The notes under the pieces are model-generated. The model was not told the DNA's origin and ran no database searches. It saw only the letters and a list, made by a program, of their open reading frames with translations. A program made the translations under genes and the position numbers. A stretch of DNA of 16,564 bases. Origin: an uncultured Deferribacteres bacterium (GTDB lineage Bacteria > Zhuqueibacterota > Zhuqueibacteria > Zhuqueibacterales > Geothermadaptataceae). The first letter of the stretch is position 1. Every line of letters begins with the position of its first letter. Below are positions 16,470 through 16,564 of this stretch, piece after piece. The stretch covers positions 1 through 16,564 of the forward strand of contig CAXHAT010000174.1 of NCBI GenBank assembly GCA_964014485.1, given 5' to 3'.

Positions 16470-16564
16470 CTGATGTTACGCACTCTTGGAAATTTCTCAA
16501 GCAGCACCAGAGAAACGTCGCTTTTACGTCATTCCCGCGCAGGCGGGAATCCAGGGGCTGTGCG
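16470..16564. mobile_element. MITE copy D (left end; truncated by window edge) carrying a GTCATTCCC-type REP
   Basis: TTATTAA (16463-16469) followed by consensus CTGATGTTACGCA; CGTCATTCCCGCGCAGGCGGGAATCCA at 16527-16553. Confidence 0.7.

Overview
A bacterial chromosomal window of mostly metabolic genes whose intergenic spacers are dense with small repeats. Left to right: an EgtC/YafJ-like class II amidotransferase (Ntn hydrolase) gene translationally coupled to LysW-type lysZ and lysJ; a repeat-filled spacer; a membrane-anchored 3D (MltA-like) domain protein; an Xaa-Pro aminopeptidase; a putative lipoprotein plus beta-barrel pair; an AAA_14/DUF4143 ATPase with a palindrome over its promoter; aconitase A; a nitronate monooxygenase-family protein; and a PGPGW-like membrane protein, aldehyde (succinate-semialdehyde) dehydrogenase and cardiolipin synthase. 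Three observations stand out. (1) The Ntn hydrolase in the LysW cluster seems to have lost the residue that binds a free alpha-amino group, and no lysK follows lysJ, so it may be a non-orthologous LysW-gamma-lysine/ornithine hydrolase (hypothesis). (2) Four copies of a MITE-like element with ~13-bp terminal inverted repeats (CTGATGTTACGCA) are present. The three complete copies have exact 7-bp TTNNNAA target duplications, and the copies carry different REP-like hairpin cargo, including a three-level nest. (3) A 12-bp perfect inverted repeat overlaps the predicted promoter of the AAA_14/DUF4143 gene. All family assignments come from motifs recognised by eye; no database searches were run.
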